A stretch of DNA of 64,000 bases from Eledone cirrhosa (taxonomy: Eukaryota): contig OZ024745.1 of assembly GCA_964016885.1 (NCBI GenBank), positions 20,956,001 to 21,020,000 on the forward strand, written 5' to 3'. The notes under the pieces were generated by a model. That model was not told the DNA's origin. It ran no database searches and saw nothing but the letters and a program-made list of their open reading frames with translations. The translations under genes were made by a program, and so were the position numbers. This document shows positions 37,372 through 54,733 of this stretch, one piece after another (within the stretch, counting starts at the first letter, position 1; each line of letters opens with the position of its first letter).

Positions 37372-37645
37372 GAAACGTTCCCTGGCATAGAACGATAAAA
37401 AACGAAGATAATACGTCATTATTTGGGCGGTGAAAACAATTACACGCAAAGACCAAACCACGTTTATGGTATAAATGAAGTCGTAGACTAATATTCTCTT
37501 AGGTGGTTCATAGAGACGTTCTCTGGCAATGGACAGAAAAAACGAATATAATACGTCATTATGTGGATCGGTGAGAACAATTACACGCAAAGACAAAACC
37601 ACGTAAATGGTATAGCTGAAGTCGTAGACTAAAATTCTATTTAGG
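37372..37645. repeat. Diverged tandem duplication of a ~140-bp unit
   Basis: ATAATACGTCATTAT..ACAATTACACGCAAAGAC..TGAAGTCGTAGACTAA occurs twice. Confidence 0.8.
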
Positions 37646-38149
37646 AAACCGAATGATTCTCGGCTTCAGAGTTAAGAATAAAGTAAATAAAATACAGAGG
37701 TAATTGAAATTAAATATATACATACACGCATCCAAATACGTACATACACAAGCATACGCGAAAACACACGTGTGAAAGATATATTTAGCCAGAATTAGTT
37801 AGTGGTTATAAATCTAATAAAAGATATTGAAAAAATATTAAAAATTCTTGAAAATTTTTTTAAATAATTTATGAGAGATAAGTAATTTTTTGAAATAGAT
37901 AAAAAATTAAAGATATAAAAAATAAAGAATTAAAAATTATTTTAGATTAAAATTACAATTAAAATTTAAATTTAAATTTAAAAAATTAGAAATATATATG
38001 TATATATTTTAAGAAGTGAAATTATAGCAAATCTTATAGATATGATTTAGAGATATCAATATATTAAAACTAAGTGGATAAGATTGTTATGGAAATAAGT
38101 AGAAATATTATAAGTGTAATTATAATTTATATATAGTTCTAAATGTTGA

Positions 38150-38505
38150 ATTCAGGCGGTATCTACAAGAACTAAATAAATTCGTCCTTATATTAATAGA
38201 GTTCTTACATTTAAGTATGAAAAAAATGTCCTCAACACACGATTTGCAAAATCTAGATAAAGCTGTGTTACGGTAGGCGTGTGCATTCGAAACTATTTCC
38301 CAAGTTAAAGAATAGTCCATATTCTTGCATTTAAAGTTCCATATCAAGTCTGAAAGAGAAGTTGAAGATTTTTTATCAAATCTTTGGAAAGAACAATTGT
38401 GATTATTCCAGCGACTTTAAAATTCCGCAGAAGTTGCACCTACATATTTAAATATATTATCACTGGTTTTGACTGTGCATTTATAGACCACGTCTATATT
38501 GTATT
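38150..38505 (-). pseudogene. Penelope GIY-YIG endonuclease fragment
   Basis: NIDVVYKCTVKTSDNIFKYVGATSAEF*SRWNNHNCSF..TSLSDLIWNFK..WEIV..CKSCVEDIFFI..INIRTNLFSSCRYR, with one stop. Confidence 0.8.
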
Positions 38506-38605
38506 TTATCTGATGCAAGCGTATCAATGTTGTCTTGGTTGCCCTTGAAATATATGTGATGAAATAAATATGGTTTTATAAATAAAGTTTCCATTTATTT
38601 AATAT

Positions 38606-38636
<31 letters not shown>

Positions 38637-38678
38637 CAATCTGCATAGTAAGGTGTTGGTATACAACCAACATATACT

Positions 38679-38734
<56 letters not shown>

Positions 38735-38737
<3 letters not shown>

Positions 38738-39035
38738 GGAAAAATTTGAACAGGAACAAAACAGAGACGCAGTACAACGAATGTTTATTAATATAGTGGT
38801 AGAACACTGGAAGATAATATCCGTAGTGGTAGAGCACTCAGTCAATGGGACGAGTTAGGTAGAAGTGGTTACACAACAGTTAGTTCACCATACCGAGAAC
38901 AATTGTCTCACCTTAGCTGATCCCCAGCTCCTAGTGGACATGGTTATACGTATAGCCATGTCCATTACAAGCTGAGGATCCGCTAAGGTGAGACAATTGT
39001 TCTCGGTATGGTGAACTAACTGTTGTGTAATCACT
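38735..39035 (-). mobile_element. Fold-back mini-element with hammerhead-like motif, in (TA)n
   Basis: About 170-bp imperfect palindrome ~38864-39034 centred on TATACGTATA, plus a ~130-bp one-sided tail with AATAAA on the minus strand. Each arm carries CTGRGGA-TC.GCTAAGGT-GAGA-CAATT-GTT. Confidence 0.75.
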
Positions 39036-39063
39036 TTAATATATATATATATACATATAATAC

Positions 39064-39195
<132 letters not shown>

Positions 39196-39352
39196 ACACT
39201 TTGGGAGGGCCATGTTGCCAATAAGAAACACACGCACCAGTTGCTTTCACTTCAATTTATTATATATCTATAAATTTATAGATTTACAAATCTACAAATT
39301 TATAAATTTCTGGTTGGTTGGTGGTTCCACAACCAGATAGTTGTTTATATAT

Positions 39353-39397
39353 AGTCATAGTCCTTTCGTCACACACTCTGTGACCTCTTCAGTGACT
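39353..39397 (-). ncRNA. Minimal type I hammerhead ribozyme
   Basis: AGTCA-CTGAAGA-G-GTCACA-gagtg-TGTGAC-GAAA-GGA-CTA/TGACT. 5-bp stem I, 6-bp stem II, intact core, predicted cleavage after CUA (39358/39357). Confidence 0.85.
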
Positions 39398-39694
39398 GGG
39401 GATTCCTTTCTTTGTTTCTGTGCCTTTCCTTTCTTCTATCCTACGCCATTTTGTTTCTGTGTGTGTGTTGTGTGCTCAGTTTGCGCATGCGCCACATCCG
39501 GGTGTCTGTGTGTGTTTGTGTTCATTTATCTATTTGTTTATTTATTTATTTATTTATTGTTGGTTGGTTGTTTGTTCTATGTGTGTGTTTTCATTTTGTC
39601 CTGTGTGTGTTTTCATTTTGTCCTTAATTGTAAGTTGTTTGTTCTATGTGTGTGTGTGTTTTCATTTTGTCCTGTGTGTGTTTTCATTTTGTCC

Positions 39695-41982
<2,288 letters not shown>

Positions 41983-42180
41983 TAATTGTTTCTACTTTTG
42001 GGACAAGGCCAGCAATTATCCAGTGCATTACTGGTACTTTATTTTATCGACTCCGTAAGGATGAAAGACAAATTTAACCTCGGCGGGATTTGAACTCAGA
42101 TCATAGAGAATGGCAAGGGCCGTAACTCTATGCGTCAAAGCATGGCGTCCAACCCTCTACTGATACTGCCAATCCACCGG
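41983..42180 (-). mobile_element. tRNA-derived SINE (family A)
   Basis: Reverse complement of the family A consensus. Confidence 0.9.
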
Positions 42181-42471
42181 CTAATAATGGCAGCCAAAAT
42201 ATATTTTAATTAAGTAGTGAGGAGAAATAATGATTAACTTTAAAATCTGTTCTGTTTAAAAAATGCAGTGGACACAACCCTGAAAGTTCAATTAATTAAA
42301 GTTACAAACATAGTGAGGAGAAAATAACCATTAGGTTAATGAAAAGAAAAACTACAACATTTTAATTAGTTAAAATTAATTATAGATAACATTTGAGCAA
42401 TGTGGTTTGGGGCCAACTCTGGGCCTTTTTAAAATCTTATCAGGCCTCAAGTACTCAAATACTTGTTCGCT

Positions 42472-45400
42472 ATATAGAATATTATGAAATGTAGGTTTTA
42501 CAAGTACTGACTTGGCGGGTATATAGAATATTGTGAAATGTAGGTTTTACAAGAACTGACTTGGCGGGTATATAGAATATTGTGAAATGTAAGTTTTACA
42601 AGAACTGATTTGGTGGGTATATAGAATATTGTGAAATGTAGGTTTTACAAGAACTGATTTCGTGGGTATATAGAATATTATGAAATGTAAGTTTTACAAG
42701 TACTGATTTGGTGGGTATATAGAATATTATGAAATGTAGGTTTTACAAGAACTGACTTGGCGGGTATATAGAATATTATGAAATGTAGGTTTTACAAGAA
42801 CTGATTTGGTGGGTATATAGAATATTGTGAAATGTAGGTTTTACAAGAACTGACTTGGCGGTTATATAGAATATTATGAAATGTAGGTTTTACAAGAACT
42901 GACTTGGCGGGTATATAGAATATTGTGAAATGTAGGTTGTACAAGTACTGACTTGGTGGGTATATAGAATATTGTGAAATGTAGGTTTTACAAGTACTGA
43001 CTTGGCGAGTATATAGAATATTGTGAAATGTAGGTTTTACAAGAACTGATTTGGTGGGTATATAGAATATTGTGAAATGTAGGTTTTAAAAGAACTGATT
43101 TGGCGGGTATATAGAATATTGTGAAATGTAGGTTTCACAAGTACTGACTTGGCGGGTATATAGAATATTATGAAATGTAGGTTTTACAAGTACTGACTTG
43201 GCGGGTATATAGAATATTATGAAATGTAGGTTTTACAAGAACTGATTTGGTGTGTATATAGAATATTATGAAATGTAGGTTTTACAAGTACTGATTTGGT
43301 GGGTATATAGAATATTATGAAATGTAGGTTTTACAAGAACTGACTTGGCGGGTATATAGAATATTATGAAATGTAGGTTTTACAAGAACTGATTTGGCGG
43401 GTATATAGAATATTATGAAATGTAGGTTCTACAAGTACTGACTTGGCGGGTATATAGAATATTGTGAAATGTAGGTTTTACAAGAACTGATTTGGTGGGT
43501 ATATAGAATATTGTGAAATGTAGGTTTTACAAGAACTGACTTGGCGGTTATATAGAATATTATGAAATGTAGGTTTTACAAGTACTGACTTGGCGGATAT
43601 ATAGAATATTGTGAAATGTAGGTTTTACAAGTACTGACTTGGCGGTTATATAGAATATTGTGAAATGTAGGTTTTACAAGTACTGACTTGGCGGGTATAT
43701 AGAATATTATGAAATGTAGGTTTTACAAAAACTGATTTGGTGTGTATATAGAATATTATGAAATGTAGGTTTTACAAGAACTGACTTGGCGGGTATATAG
43801 AATATTATGAAATGTAGGTTTTACAAGAACTGATTTGGTGGGTATATAGAATATTGTGAAATGTAGGTTGTACAAGTACTGACTTGGCGGGTATATAGAA
43901 TATTGTGAAATGTAGGTTTTACAAGTACTGATTTGGTGGGTATATAGAATATTATGAAATGTAGGTTTTAAAAGAACTGATTTGTCGGGTATATAGAATA
44001 TTGTGAAATGTAGGTTTCACAAGTACTGACTTGGCGGGTATATAGAATATTATGAAATGTTGGTTTTAGAAGTACTGACTTGGCGGATATATAGAATATT
44101 GTGAAATGTAGGTTTTACAAGTACTGACTTGGCGGTTATATAGAATATTGTGAAATGTAGGTTTTACAAGTACTGACTTGGCGGGTATATAGAATATTAT
44201 GAAATGTAGGTTTTACAAGAACTGATTTGGTGTGTATATAGAATATTATGAAATGTAGGTTTTACAAGTACTGATTTGGTGGGTATATAGAATATTATGA
44301 AATGTAGGTTTTACAAGAACTGACTTGGCGGGTATATAGAATATTATGAAATGTAGGTTTTACAAGAACTGATTTGGTGGGTATATAGAATATTGTGAAA
44401 TGTAGGTTTTACAAGAACTGATTTGGTGGGTATATAGAATATTATGAAATGTAGGTTTTACAAGTTCTGACTTGGCGGTTATATAGAATATTGTGAAATG
44501 TAGGTTGTACAAGTACTGACTTGGCGGTTATATAGAATATTATGAAATGTAGGTTTTACAAGAACTGATTTGGCGGGTATATAGAATATTATGAAATGTA
44601 GGTTTTACAAGTACTGACTTGGCGGGTATATAGAATATTGTGAAATGTAGGTTTTACAAGAACTGATTTGGTGTGTATATAGAATATTATGAAATGTAGG
44701 TTTTACAAGTACTGATTTGGTGGGTATATAGAATATTATGAAATGTAGGTTTTACAAGAACTGACTTGGCGGGTATATAGAATATTGTGAAATGTAAGTT
44801 TTACAAGAACTGATTTGGTAGGTATATAGAATATTGTGAAATGTAGGTTTTACAAGAACTGATTTCGTGGGTATATAGAATATTATGAAATGTAAGTTTT
44901 ACAAGTACTGATTTGGTGGGTATATAGAATATTATGAAATGTAGGTTTTACAAGAACTGACTTGGCGGGTATATAGAATATTATGAAATGTAGGTTTTAC
45001 AAGAATTGATTTGGTGGGTATATAGAATATTGTGAAATGTAGGTTTTACAAGAACTGACTTGGCGGTTATATAGAATATTATGAAATGTAGGTTTTACAA
45101 GAACTGACTTGGCGGGTATATAGAATATTGTGAAATGTAGGTTGTACAAGTACTGACTTGGCGGGTATATAGAATATTGTGAAATGTAGGTTTTACAAGT
45201 ACTGACTTGGCGAGTATATAGAATATTGTGAAATGTAGGTTTTACAAGAACTGATTTGGTGGGTATATAGAATATTGTGAAATGTAGGTTTTAAAAGAAC
45301 TGATTTGGCGGGTATATAGAATATTGTGAAATGTAGGTTTCACAAGTACTGACTTGGCGTGTATATAGAATATTATGAAATGTTGGTTTTACAAGTACTG

Positions 45401-48400
45401 ACTTGGCGGATATATAGAATATTGTGAAATGTAGGTTTTACAAGTACTGACTTGGCGGTTATATAGAATATTGTGAAATGTAGGTTTTACAAGTACTGAC
45501 TTGGCGGGTATATAGAATATTATGAAATGTAGGTTTTACAAGAACTGATTTGGTGTGTATATAGAATATTATGAAATGTAGGTTTTACAAGTACTGATTT
45601 GGTGGGTATATAGAATATTATGAAATGTAGGTTTTACAAGAACTGACTTGGCGGGTATATAGAATATTATGAAATGTAGGTTTTACAAGAACTGATTTGG
45701 CGGGTATATAGAATATTATGAAATGTAGGTTTTACAAGTACTGACTTGGCGGGTATATAGAATATTGTGAAATGTAGGTTTTACAAGAACTGATTTGGTG
45801 GGTATATAGAATATTGTGAAATGTAGGTTTTACAAGAACTGACTTGGCGGTTATATAGAATATTATGAAATGTAGGTTCTACAAGTACTGACTTGGCGGA
45901 TATATAGAATATTGTGAAATGTAGGTTTTACAAGTACTGACTTGGCGGTTATATAGAATATTGTGAAATGTAGGTTTTACAAGTACTGACTTGGCGGGTA
46001 TATAGAATATTATGAAATGTAGGTTTTACAAGAACTGATTTGGTGTGTATATAGAATATTATGAAATGTAGGTTTTACAAGTACTGATTTGGTGGGTATA
46101 TAGAATATTATGAAATGTAGGTTTTACAAGAACTGACTTGGCGGTATATAGAATATTATGAAATGTAGGTTTTACAAGAACTGATTTGGTGGGTATATAG
46201 AATATTGTGAAATGTAGGTTGTACAAGTACTGACTTGGCGGGTATATAGAATATTGTGAAATGTAGGTTTTACAAGTACTGATTTGGTGGGTATATAGAA
46301 TATTGTGAAATGTAGGTTTTAAAAGAACTGATTTGTCGGGTATATAGAATATTGTGAAATGTAGGTTTCACAAGTACTGACTTGGCGGGTATATAGAATA
46401 TTATGAAATGTTGGTTTTAGAAGTACTGACTTGGCGGATATATAGAATATTGTGAAATGTAGGTTTTACAAGTACTGACTTGGCGGTTATATAGAATATT
46501 GTGAAATGTAGGTTTTACAAGTACTGACTTGGCGGGTATATAGAATATTATGAAATGTAGGTTTTACAAGAACTGATTTGGTGTGTATATAGAATATTAT
46601 GAAATGTAGGTTTTACAAGTACTGATTTGGTGGGTATATAGAATATTATGAAATGTAGGTTTTACAAGAACTGACTTGGCGGGTATATAGAATATTGTGA
46701 AATGTAGGTTGTACAAGTACTGACTTGGCGGGTATATAGAATATTGTGAAATGTAGGTTTTACAAGTACTGACTTGGCGAGTATATAGAATATTGTGAAA
46801 TGTAGGTTTTACAAGAACTGATTTGGTGGGTATATAGAATATTGTGAAATGTAGGTTTTAAAAGAACTGATTTGACGGGTATATAGAATATTGTGAAATG
46901 TAGGTTTCACAAGTACTGACTTGGCGGGTATATAGAATATTATGAAATGTTGGTTTTACAAGTACTGACTTGGCGGATATATAGAATATTGTGAAATGTA
47001 GGTTTTACAAGTACTGACTTGGCGGTTATATAGAATATTGTGAAATGTAGGTGTTACAAGTACTGACTTGGCGAATATATAGAATATTGTGAAATGTAGG
47101 TTTTACAAGAACTGATTTGGTGGGTATATAGAATATTGTGAAATGTAGGTTTTAAAAGAACTGATTTGGCGGGTATATAGAATATTGTGAAATGTAGGTT
47201 TCACAAGTACTGACTTGGCGGATATATAGAGTATTGTGAAATGTAGGTTTTACAAGTACTGACTTGGCGGTTATATAGAATATTGTGAAATGTAGGTTTT
47301 ACAAGTACTGACTTGGCGGGTATATAGAATATTATGAAATGTAGGTTTTACAAGTACTGACTTGGCGGGTATATAGAATATTATGAAATGTAGGTTTTAC
47401 AAGTACTGACTTGGCGGATATATAGAATATTGTGAAATGTAGGTTTTACAAGAACTGATTTGGTGGGTATACAGAATATTGTGAAATGTAGGTTTTACAA
47501 GAACTGATTTGGCGGGTATATAGAATATTGTGAAATGTAGGTTTTACAAGAACTGATTTGGTGGGTATATAGAATATAGTGAAATATAGGTTTTACAAGA
47601 ACTGACTTGGCGGTTATATAGAATATTATGAAATGTAAGTTTTACAAGTACTGACTTGGCGGGTATATAGAATATTATGAAATGTAGGTTTTACAAGAAC
47701 TGACTTGGCGGTTATATAGAATATTATGAAATGTAGGTTTTACAATAACTGACTTGGCGGGTATATAGAATATTTTGAAATGTAGGTTTTATAAGAACTG
47801 ATTTGGTGGGTATATAGAATATTGTGAAATGTAGGTTTTACAAGTACTGACTTGGCGGGTATATAGAATATTATGAAATCTAGGTTTTACAAGTACTGAC
47901 TTGGCGGGTATATAGAATATTATGAAATGTAGGTTTTACAAGTACTGACTTGGCGGATATATAGAATATTATGAAATGTAGGTTTTACAAGTACTGACTT
48001 GGCGGGTATATAGAATATTATGAAATGTAGGTTTTACAAGTACTGACTTGGCGGATATATAGAATATTGTGAAATGTAGGTTTTACAAGAACTGATTTGG
48101 TGGGTATACAGAATATTGTGAAATGTAGGTTTTACAAGAACTGATTTGGCGGGTATATAGAATATTGTGAAATGTAGGTTTTACAAGAACTGATTTGGTG
48201 GGTATATAGAATATAGTGAAATATAGGTTTTACAAGAACTGACTTGGCGGTTATATAGAATATTATGAAATATAAGTTTTACAAGTACTGACTTGGCGGG
48301 TATATAGAATATTATGAAATGTAGGTTTTACAAGAACTGACTTGGCGGTTATATAGAATATTATGAAATGTAGGTTTTACAATAACTGACTTGGCGGGTA

Positions 48401-49510
48401 TATAGAATATTTTGAAAAGTAGGTTTTATAAGAACTGATTTGGTGGGTATATAGAATATTGTGAAATGTAGGTTTTACAAGAAATGATTTGGTGTTTCTA
48501 TAGAATATTATGAAATGTAGGTTTTACAAGTACTGACTTGGCGGGTATATAGAATATTGTGAAATGTAGGTTTTACAAGAACTGATTTGGTGGGTATATA
48601 GAATATTATGAAATGTAGGTTTTACAAGAACTGATTTGGTGTGTATATAGAATATTATGAAATGTATGTTTTACAAGTACTGATTTGGTTGGTATATAGA
48701 ATATTATGAAATGTAGGTTTTACAAGAACTGACTTGGCGGATATATAGAATATTGTGAAATGTAGGTTTTACAAGTACTGACTTGGCGGTTATATAGAAT
48801 ATTGTGAAATGTAGGTTTTACAAGTACTGACTTGGCGGGTATATAGAATATTATGAAATGTAGGTTTTACAAGTACTGACTTGGCGGATATATAGAATAT
48901 TATGAAATGTAGATTTTACAAGTACTGACTTGGCGGGTATATAGGATATTATGAAATGTAGCTTTTACAAGTACTGACTTGGCGGGTATATAGAATATTG
49001 TGAAATGTAGGTTTTACAAGAACTGATTTGGTGGGTATACAGAATATTGTGAAATGTAGGTTTTACAAGAACTGATTTGGCGGGTATATAGAATATTGTG
49101 AAACGTAGGTTTTACAAGAACTGATTTGGTGGGTATATAGAATATAGTGAAATATAGGTTTTACAAGAACTGACTTGGTGGTTATATAGAATATTATGAA
49201 ATGTAAGTTTTACAAGTACTGACTTGGCGGGTATATAGAATATTATGAAATGTAGGTTTTACAAGAACTGACTTGGCGGTTATACAGAATATTATGAAAT
49301 GTAGGTTTTACAAGAACTGACTTGGCGGGTATATAGAATATTTTGAAATGTAGGTTTTATAAGAACTGATTTGTTGGGTATATAGAATATTGTGAAATGT
49401 AGGTTTTACAAGAACTGATTTGGTGGGTATATAGAATATTGTGAAATGTAGGTTTTACAAGTACTGACTTGGCGGGTATATAGAATATTGTGAAATGTAG
49501 GTTTTACAAA
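42472..49510. repeat. 49-bp satellite array, about 144 copies, with decayed units extending to ~49750
   Basis: Unit ATATAGAATATTRTGAAATGTAGGTTTTACAAGWACTGAYTTGGYGGGT. Confidence 0.97.
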
Positions 49511-50454
49511 CGAAGACTTGCTGGATGTTGTAGATTACTGTAAAATGTAGTTTTTACAGGTACAGATTTGGTGGGTTATATTACTGTGAAATGTAGGTTT
49601 TACTCGCATTGATAAAGATGACTTGGTGGGTATAGAGATTATTATGAAATGCAGGTTTTACAAATACAGACATGTTGGGTATATAGACTATGTGAAATGT
49701 TTCTACATGTACTACTAAAGGGAGACTTAGTGGGAATATATATTATTGGGAAAATTTGCAGCGAGGTTTGGGTGGAAGACATAATCCTTACTCAGCTTAA
49801 CACCATCACCTTGGTTACCTTTAGCGGATTTCTCTCTTTTGCAAGCATTTGGACCAGGACCCTAATTTGATGATACCCTCTCCTTTCCTCTCAGCAGTCT
49901 CAGAGGCTTTAAAATTGTCAGGGACATTACCCGTGCCTTCCGCACTAATCAGCACTAAGACTAGAAAAACATACCCAGGAACACACTCGGGAATCTAGTA
50001 AACCAAACAATTTAAATGTATTCAAATTACATCCTTGATAGAGAGAGAGAAAACATTAGGTTACCGATCAATTCTGGTCAAGAAAGGCAGGGAGACAATC
50101 CCCAAAGTAATTATTAAAATTTCTTAAAAATTGAATATGAATATCTAAGAAGAAACTAAATCTGATATAGTGATATTTTGCTGAGCAAACTCGTTACTGA
50201 TTATACACACACATGCCACCGTATTAGTCACTTGACCTGCTAAAAATAGCAGCCGAATCTCCCTCAATAACATAAAGAAGTAAAGTACATATTAGATCAT
50301 GTCTAAAATATCGTATAAAATGGCAATATGATCACGGCTGAATTCCTTTGATTATAGGTTATTTCTACAGAATTGTGGTTAACATGTGGTTAAACAACAA
50401 CATAGCAAATATCACAAACATCACCGCCATTGATGTTAGTCACAAAGACCCACC

Positions 50455-53400
50455 CCACTACACCAGTACTACACCACCACTGTACTACCACTACATCACC
50501 ACTACACCAGCACTACACCAGCACTACACCACCACTACACCACCACTACACACCACTACACCACCACTGTAATACCACTACATCACCACTACACCACCAT
50601 TGTAATACCACTACATCACCACTACATCACCACTGCACCACCACTACACCACCACTACACCACCACTACACCACCACTACACCACCACTACATCACCACT
50701 AGGCCACCACTACACCACCACTGTAATACCACTACATCACCACTACACCACCATTGTAATACCACTACATCACCACTACTCCACCACTACACCACCACTA
50801 CATCACCACTACATCACCACTACACCACCACTACATCACCACTACTCCACCACTACACCACCACTACACCACCAATACATCACCACTACATCACCACTAC
50901 ACCACCACTACACCACCACTACACCACCACTACACCACCACTACATCACCACTACTCCACCACTACACCACCACTACACCACCAATACATCACCACTACA
51001 TCACCACTACACCACCACTGTAATGTCACTACATCACCACTACACCACCACAATACTACCACTACATCACCACTACACCACCACTGTAATACCACTACAT
51101 CACCACTACACCACCATTGTAATACCACTACATCACCACTACTCCACCACTACACCACCACTACACCACCACAATACTACCACTACATCACCACTACACC
51201 ACCACTGTAATACCACTACATCACCACTACACTACCACTGTACTACCACTACATCAACACTAAACCACCACTACACCACCACTACACCACTACTGTAATA
51301 CCACTACACCACCACTACACCAACACTACACGACTACACCACCACTACATCACAACTACACCAACACTACACCACCACTATACCACTACGCCACCACTAC
51401 AACACCACTACACCACCACTACCACAACTATCACAAACACCACAGCCATTGATCTTGTCACAAAGAACCACCTCTAAGCCAACACTACTACCACCACCAC
51501 TACAGTAGTACCTATACACCACCAACACTACACTACCAACACTACTACCACCACCACTACACTAGTAGCTATACACCACCAACACTACACTATCAACACT
51601 ACTACCACCACCACTACACTAGTACTTATACACCACCAACACTACACTACCAACACTACTACCACCACCACTACACTAGTACCTATACACCACCAAAACT
51701 ACACTACTACCACCACCACTACACTAGTACCTATACACCACCAACACTACACCACCAACATTACTATGACAACCAACATCACAACCATCATAATCATTAA
51801 GGCTGTTAGAAAGACCACACCATCCCCCCCTAACTTCATGACACCACAATACCTGCCCCCCCCCCCCCTCTACAACCCTCTAACATTTCCTTAACACCAA
51901 CACCACCACCACCCCTCCCTGCTTCATCCAACTAAACACTGTCACCATGTCATCACATCTGTCAGAAATAAACGTTATATATTTTTGTTACTTATTTATT
52001 TTTATTTAATATATTTTCCTACCAACACCACACTACACCATTCCACACTACACCACACCGTACCACACTACACCACACCACACTACACCACACTACACCA
52101 CACCACACCACACCACACCACACCACACCACACTACACCACACCACACCACACTACACCACACTACACCACACCGTACCACACTACACCACACCACACCA
52201 CACCACACTACACCACACTACACCACACCACACCACACCACACCACACCACACCACACCACACCACACTACACCACACCACACCACACTACACCACACTA
52301 CACCACACTACACCACACCGTACCACACTACACCACACCCCGTACCACACTACACCACACCACACCACACTACACCATGCCACACTACACTACACCACAC
52401 TACACCACACCGCACCACACTAAACCACACTACACCACACTACACCACACCGTACCACACTACACCACACCGTACCACACTACACCACACTACACCACAC
52501 CGCACCACACTAAACCACACTACACCACACTACACCACACCGTACCACACTACACCACACCGTACCACACTACACCACACTACACCACACCACACCACAC
52601 TACACCACACTACACCACACCGTACCACACTACACCACACCACACCACACTACACCACACCACACCACAGCACACCATACTACACCACACTACACCACAC
52701 TACACCACACTACACCACACCACACCACACCACACTACACCACACTACACCACACTACACCACACCGCACCACGCTAAACCACACCACACCACACTACAC
52801 CACACCACACCATACTACACCACACTACACCACACTACACCACACTACACCACACCGCACCACACTAAACCACACTACACCACACTACACCACACCGCAC
52901 CACACTAAACCACACCGCACCACACTACACCACACCACACCACACTACACCACACTACACCACACCGCACCACACTACACCACACTACACAACACCACAC
53001 CGCACCACACTACACCACACAACACCACACTACACCACACTACACCACACCACACCACACTACACCACACTACACCACACCACACCACACTACACCACAC
53101 TACACCATGCCACACTACACTACACTACACTACACTACACTACACTACACCATGCCACACTACACTACACTACACTATGCCACACTACACCACACCGTAC
53201 CACACTACACCACACCACACTACACCACACCAAACTACACCATGCCACACTACACCACACCGTACCACACTACATCACACCACACCACACTACACCACAC
53301 CACACAACACTACACCACACCACACCACACTACACCACACCACACAACACTACACCACACTACACCACAAAACACTACACCACACTACACCACACTACAC

Positions 53401-54698
53401 TACACCACACCGTACCACACTACATCACACCACACCACACTACACCACACCACACAACACTACACCACACCACACCACACCACACCACACTAAACTACAC
53501 CACACTAAACTACACCACGCTACACCACAACTTTGCCTCACCACTCCACTTTACATCATACCACACCCTGCTGCTCTCACCACATTAACACTAACGCCAT
53601 ATATCATATACTATCACCATCACCACCACCCGACCACCACCACCACCCGACCACCATCACCATCACCACCACCCGACCACCACCACCACCCGACCACCAT
53701 CACCGTCACCACCATCCGACCACCATCACCGTCACCACCACCCGACCACCATCACTGTCACCACCACCCGACCACCACCACCACCCGACCACCATTACCG
53801 TCTCCACCACCCGACCACCATCACCCTCTCCACCACCCGACCACCATCACCCTCTACACCTCCTAACCACCATCAACATCACCACCACCCGACCACCATC
53901 ACCGTCTCCACCACCCAACCACCACCACCGTCTCCACCACCCGACCACCATCACCGTCACCATCACCCTCTCCACCACCCGGCCACCATCACCGTCTCCA
54001 CCACCCGACCACCATCACCGTCACCATCACCGTCACCACCACCCGACCACCATCACCGTCATCACCACCCGACCACCACCACCCGACCACCATCACCGTC
54101 ATCACCACCCGACCACCACCACCCGACCACCATCACCGTCATCACCACCCGACCACCATCACCGTCACCACCACCCGACCACCATCACCCGACCACCATC
54201 ACCGTCACCACCACCCGACCACCACCACCCGACCACCATCACTGTCATCACCACCCGACCACCACCACCCGACCACCATTACCGTCACCACCACCCGACC
54301 ACCATCACCGTCACCACCACCCGACCACCATCACCGTCACCAACACCCGACCACCACCACCACCCGACCACCATCACCGTCACCACCACCCGACCACCAT
54401 CACCACCCGACCACCATCACCGTCACCACCATTTCCACCACCACCTCCGCCGATTACTATAGCTTATCGAAAACCTCCCTCCTGGAAAGAGCATCCACCC
54501 CACCACCTCCATCCCGACTAAGCACTCACCCTTCTTGTTCCCTCAATCCGTAACAATGATCAGCCGCCGCCTTCCCTCTTCTCTCCACCACCCACCTACT
54601 ATCCCCTATCCCACCCCACATCTATACACTAGCCCCGCCCATCCACCAGATTACAAAATTCTTCTTCTTCTTCTTCTCCTTCCTCTTCTTCTTCATTT

Positions 54699-54733
<35 letters not shown>

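Noticed and set aside
39400-39694. SECIS element for a Naiad selenoprotein
   Set aside because: No AUGA..AA..GA kink-turn stem was recognised by eye, and the retained ORF has no in-frame UGA.
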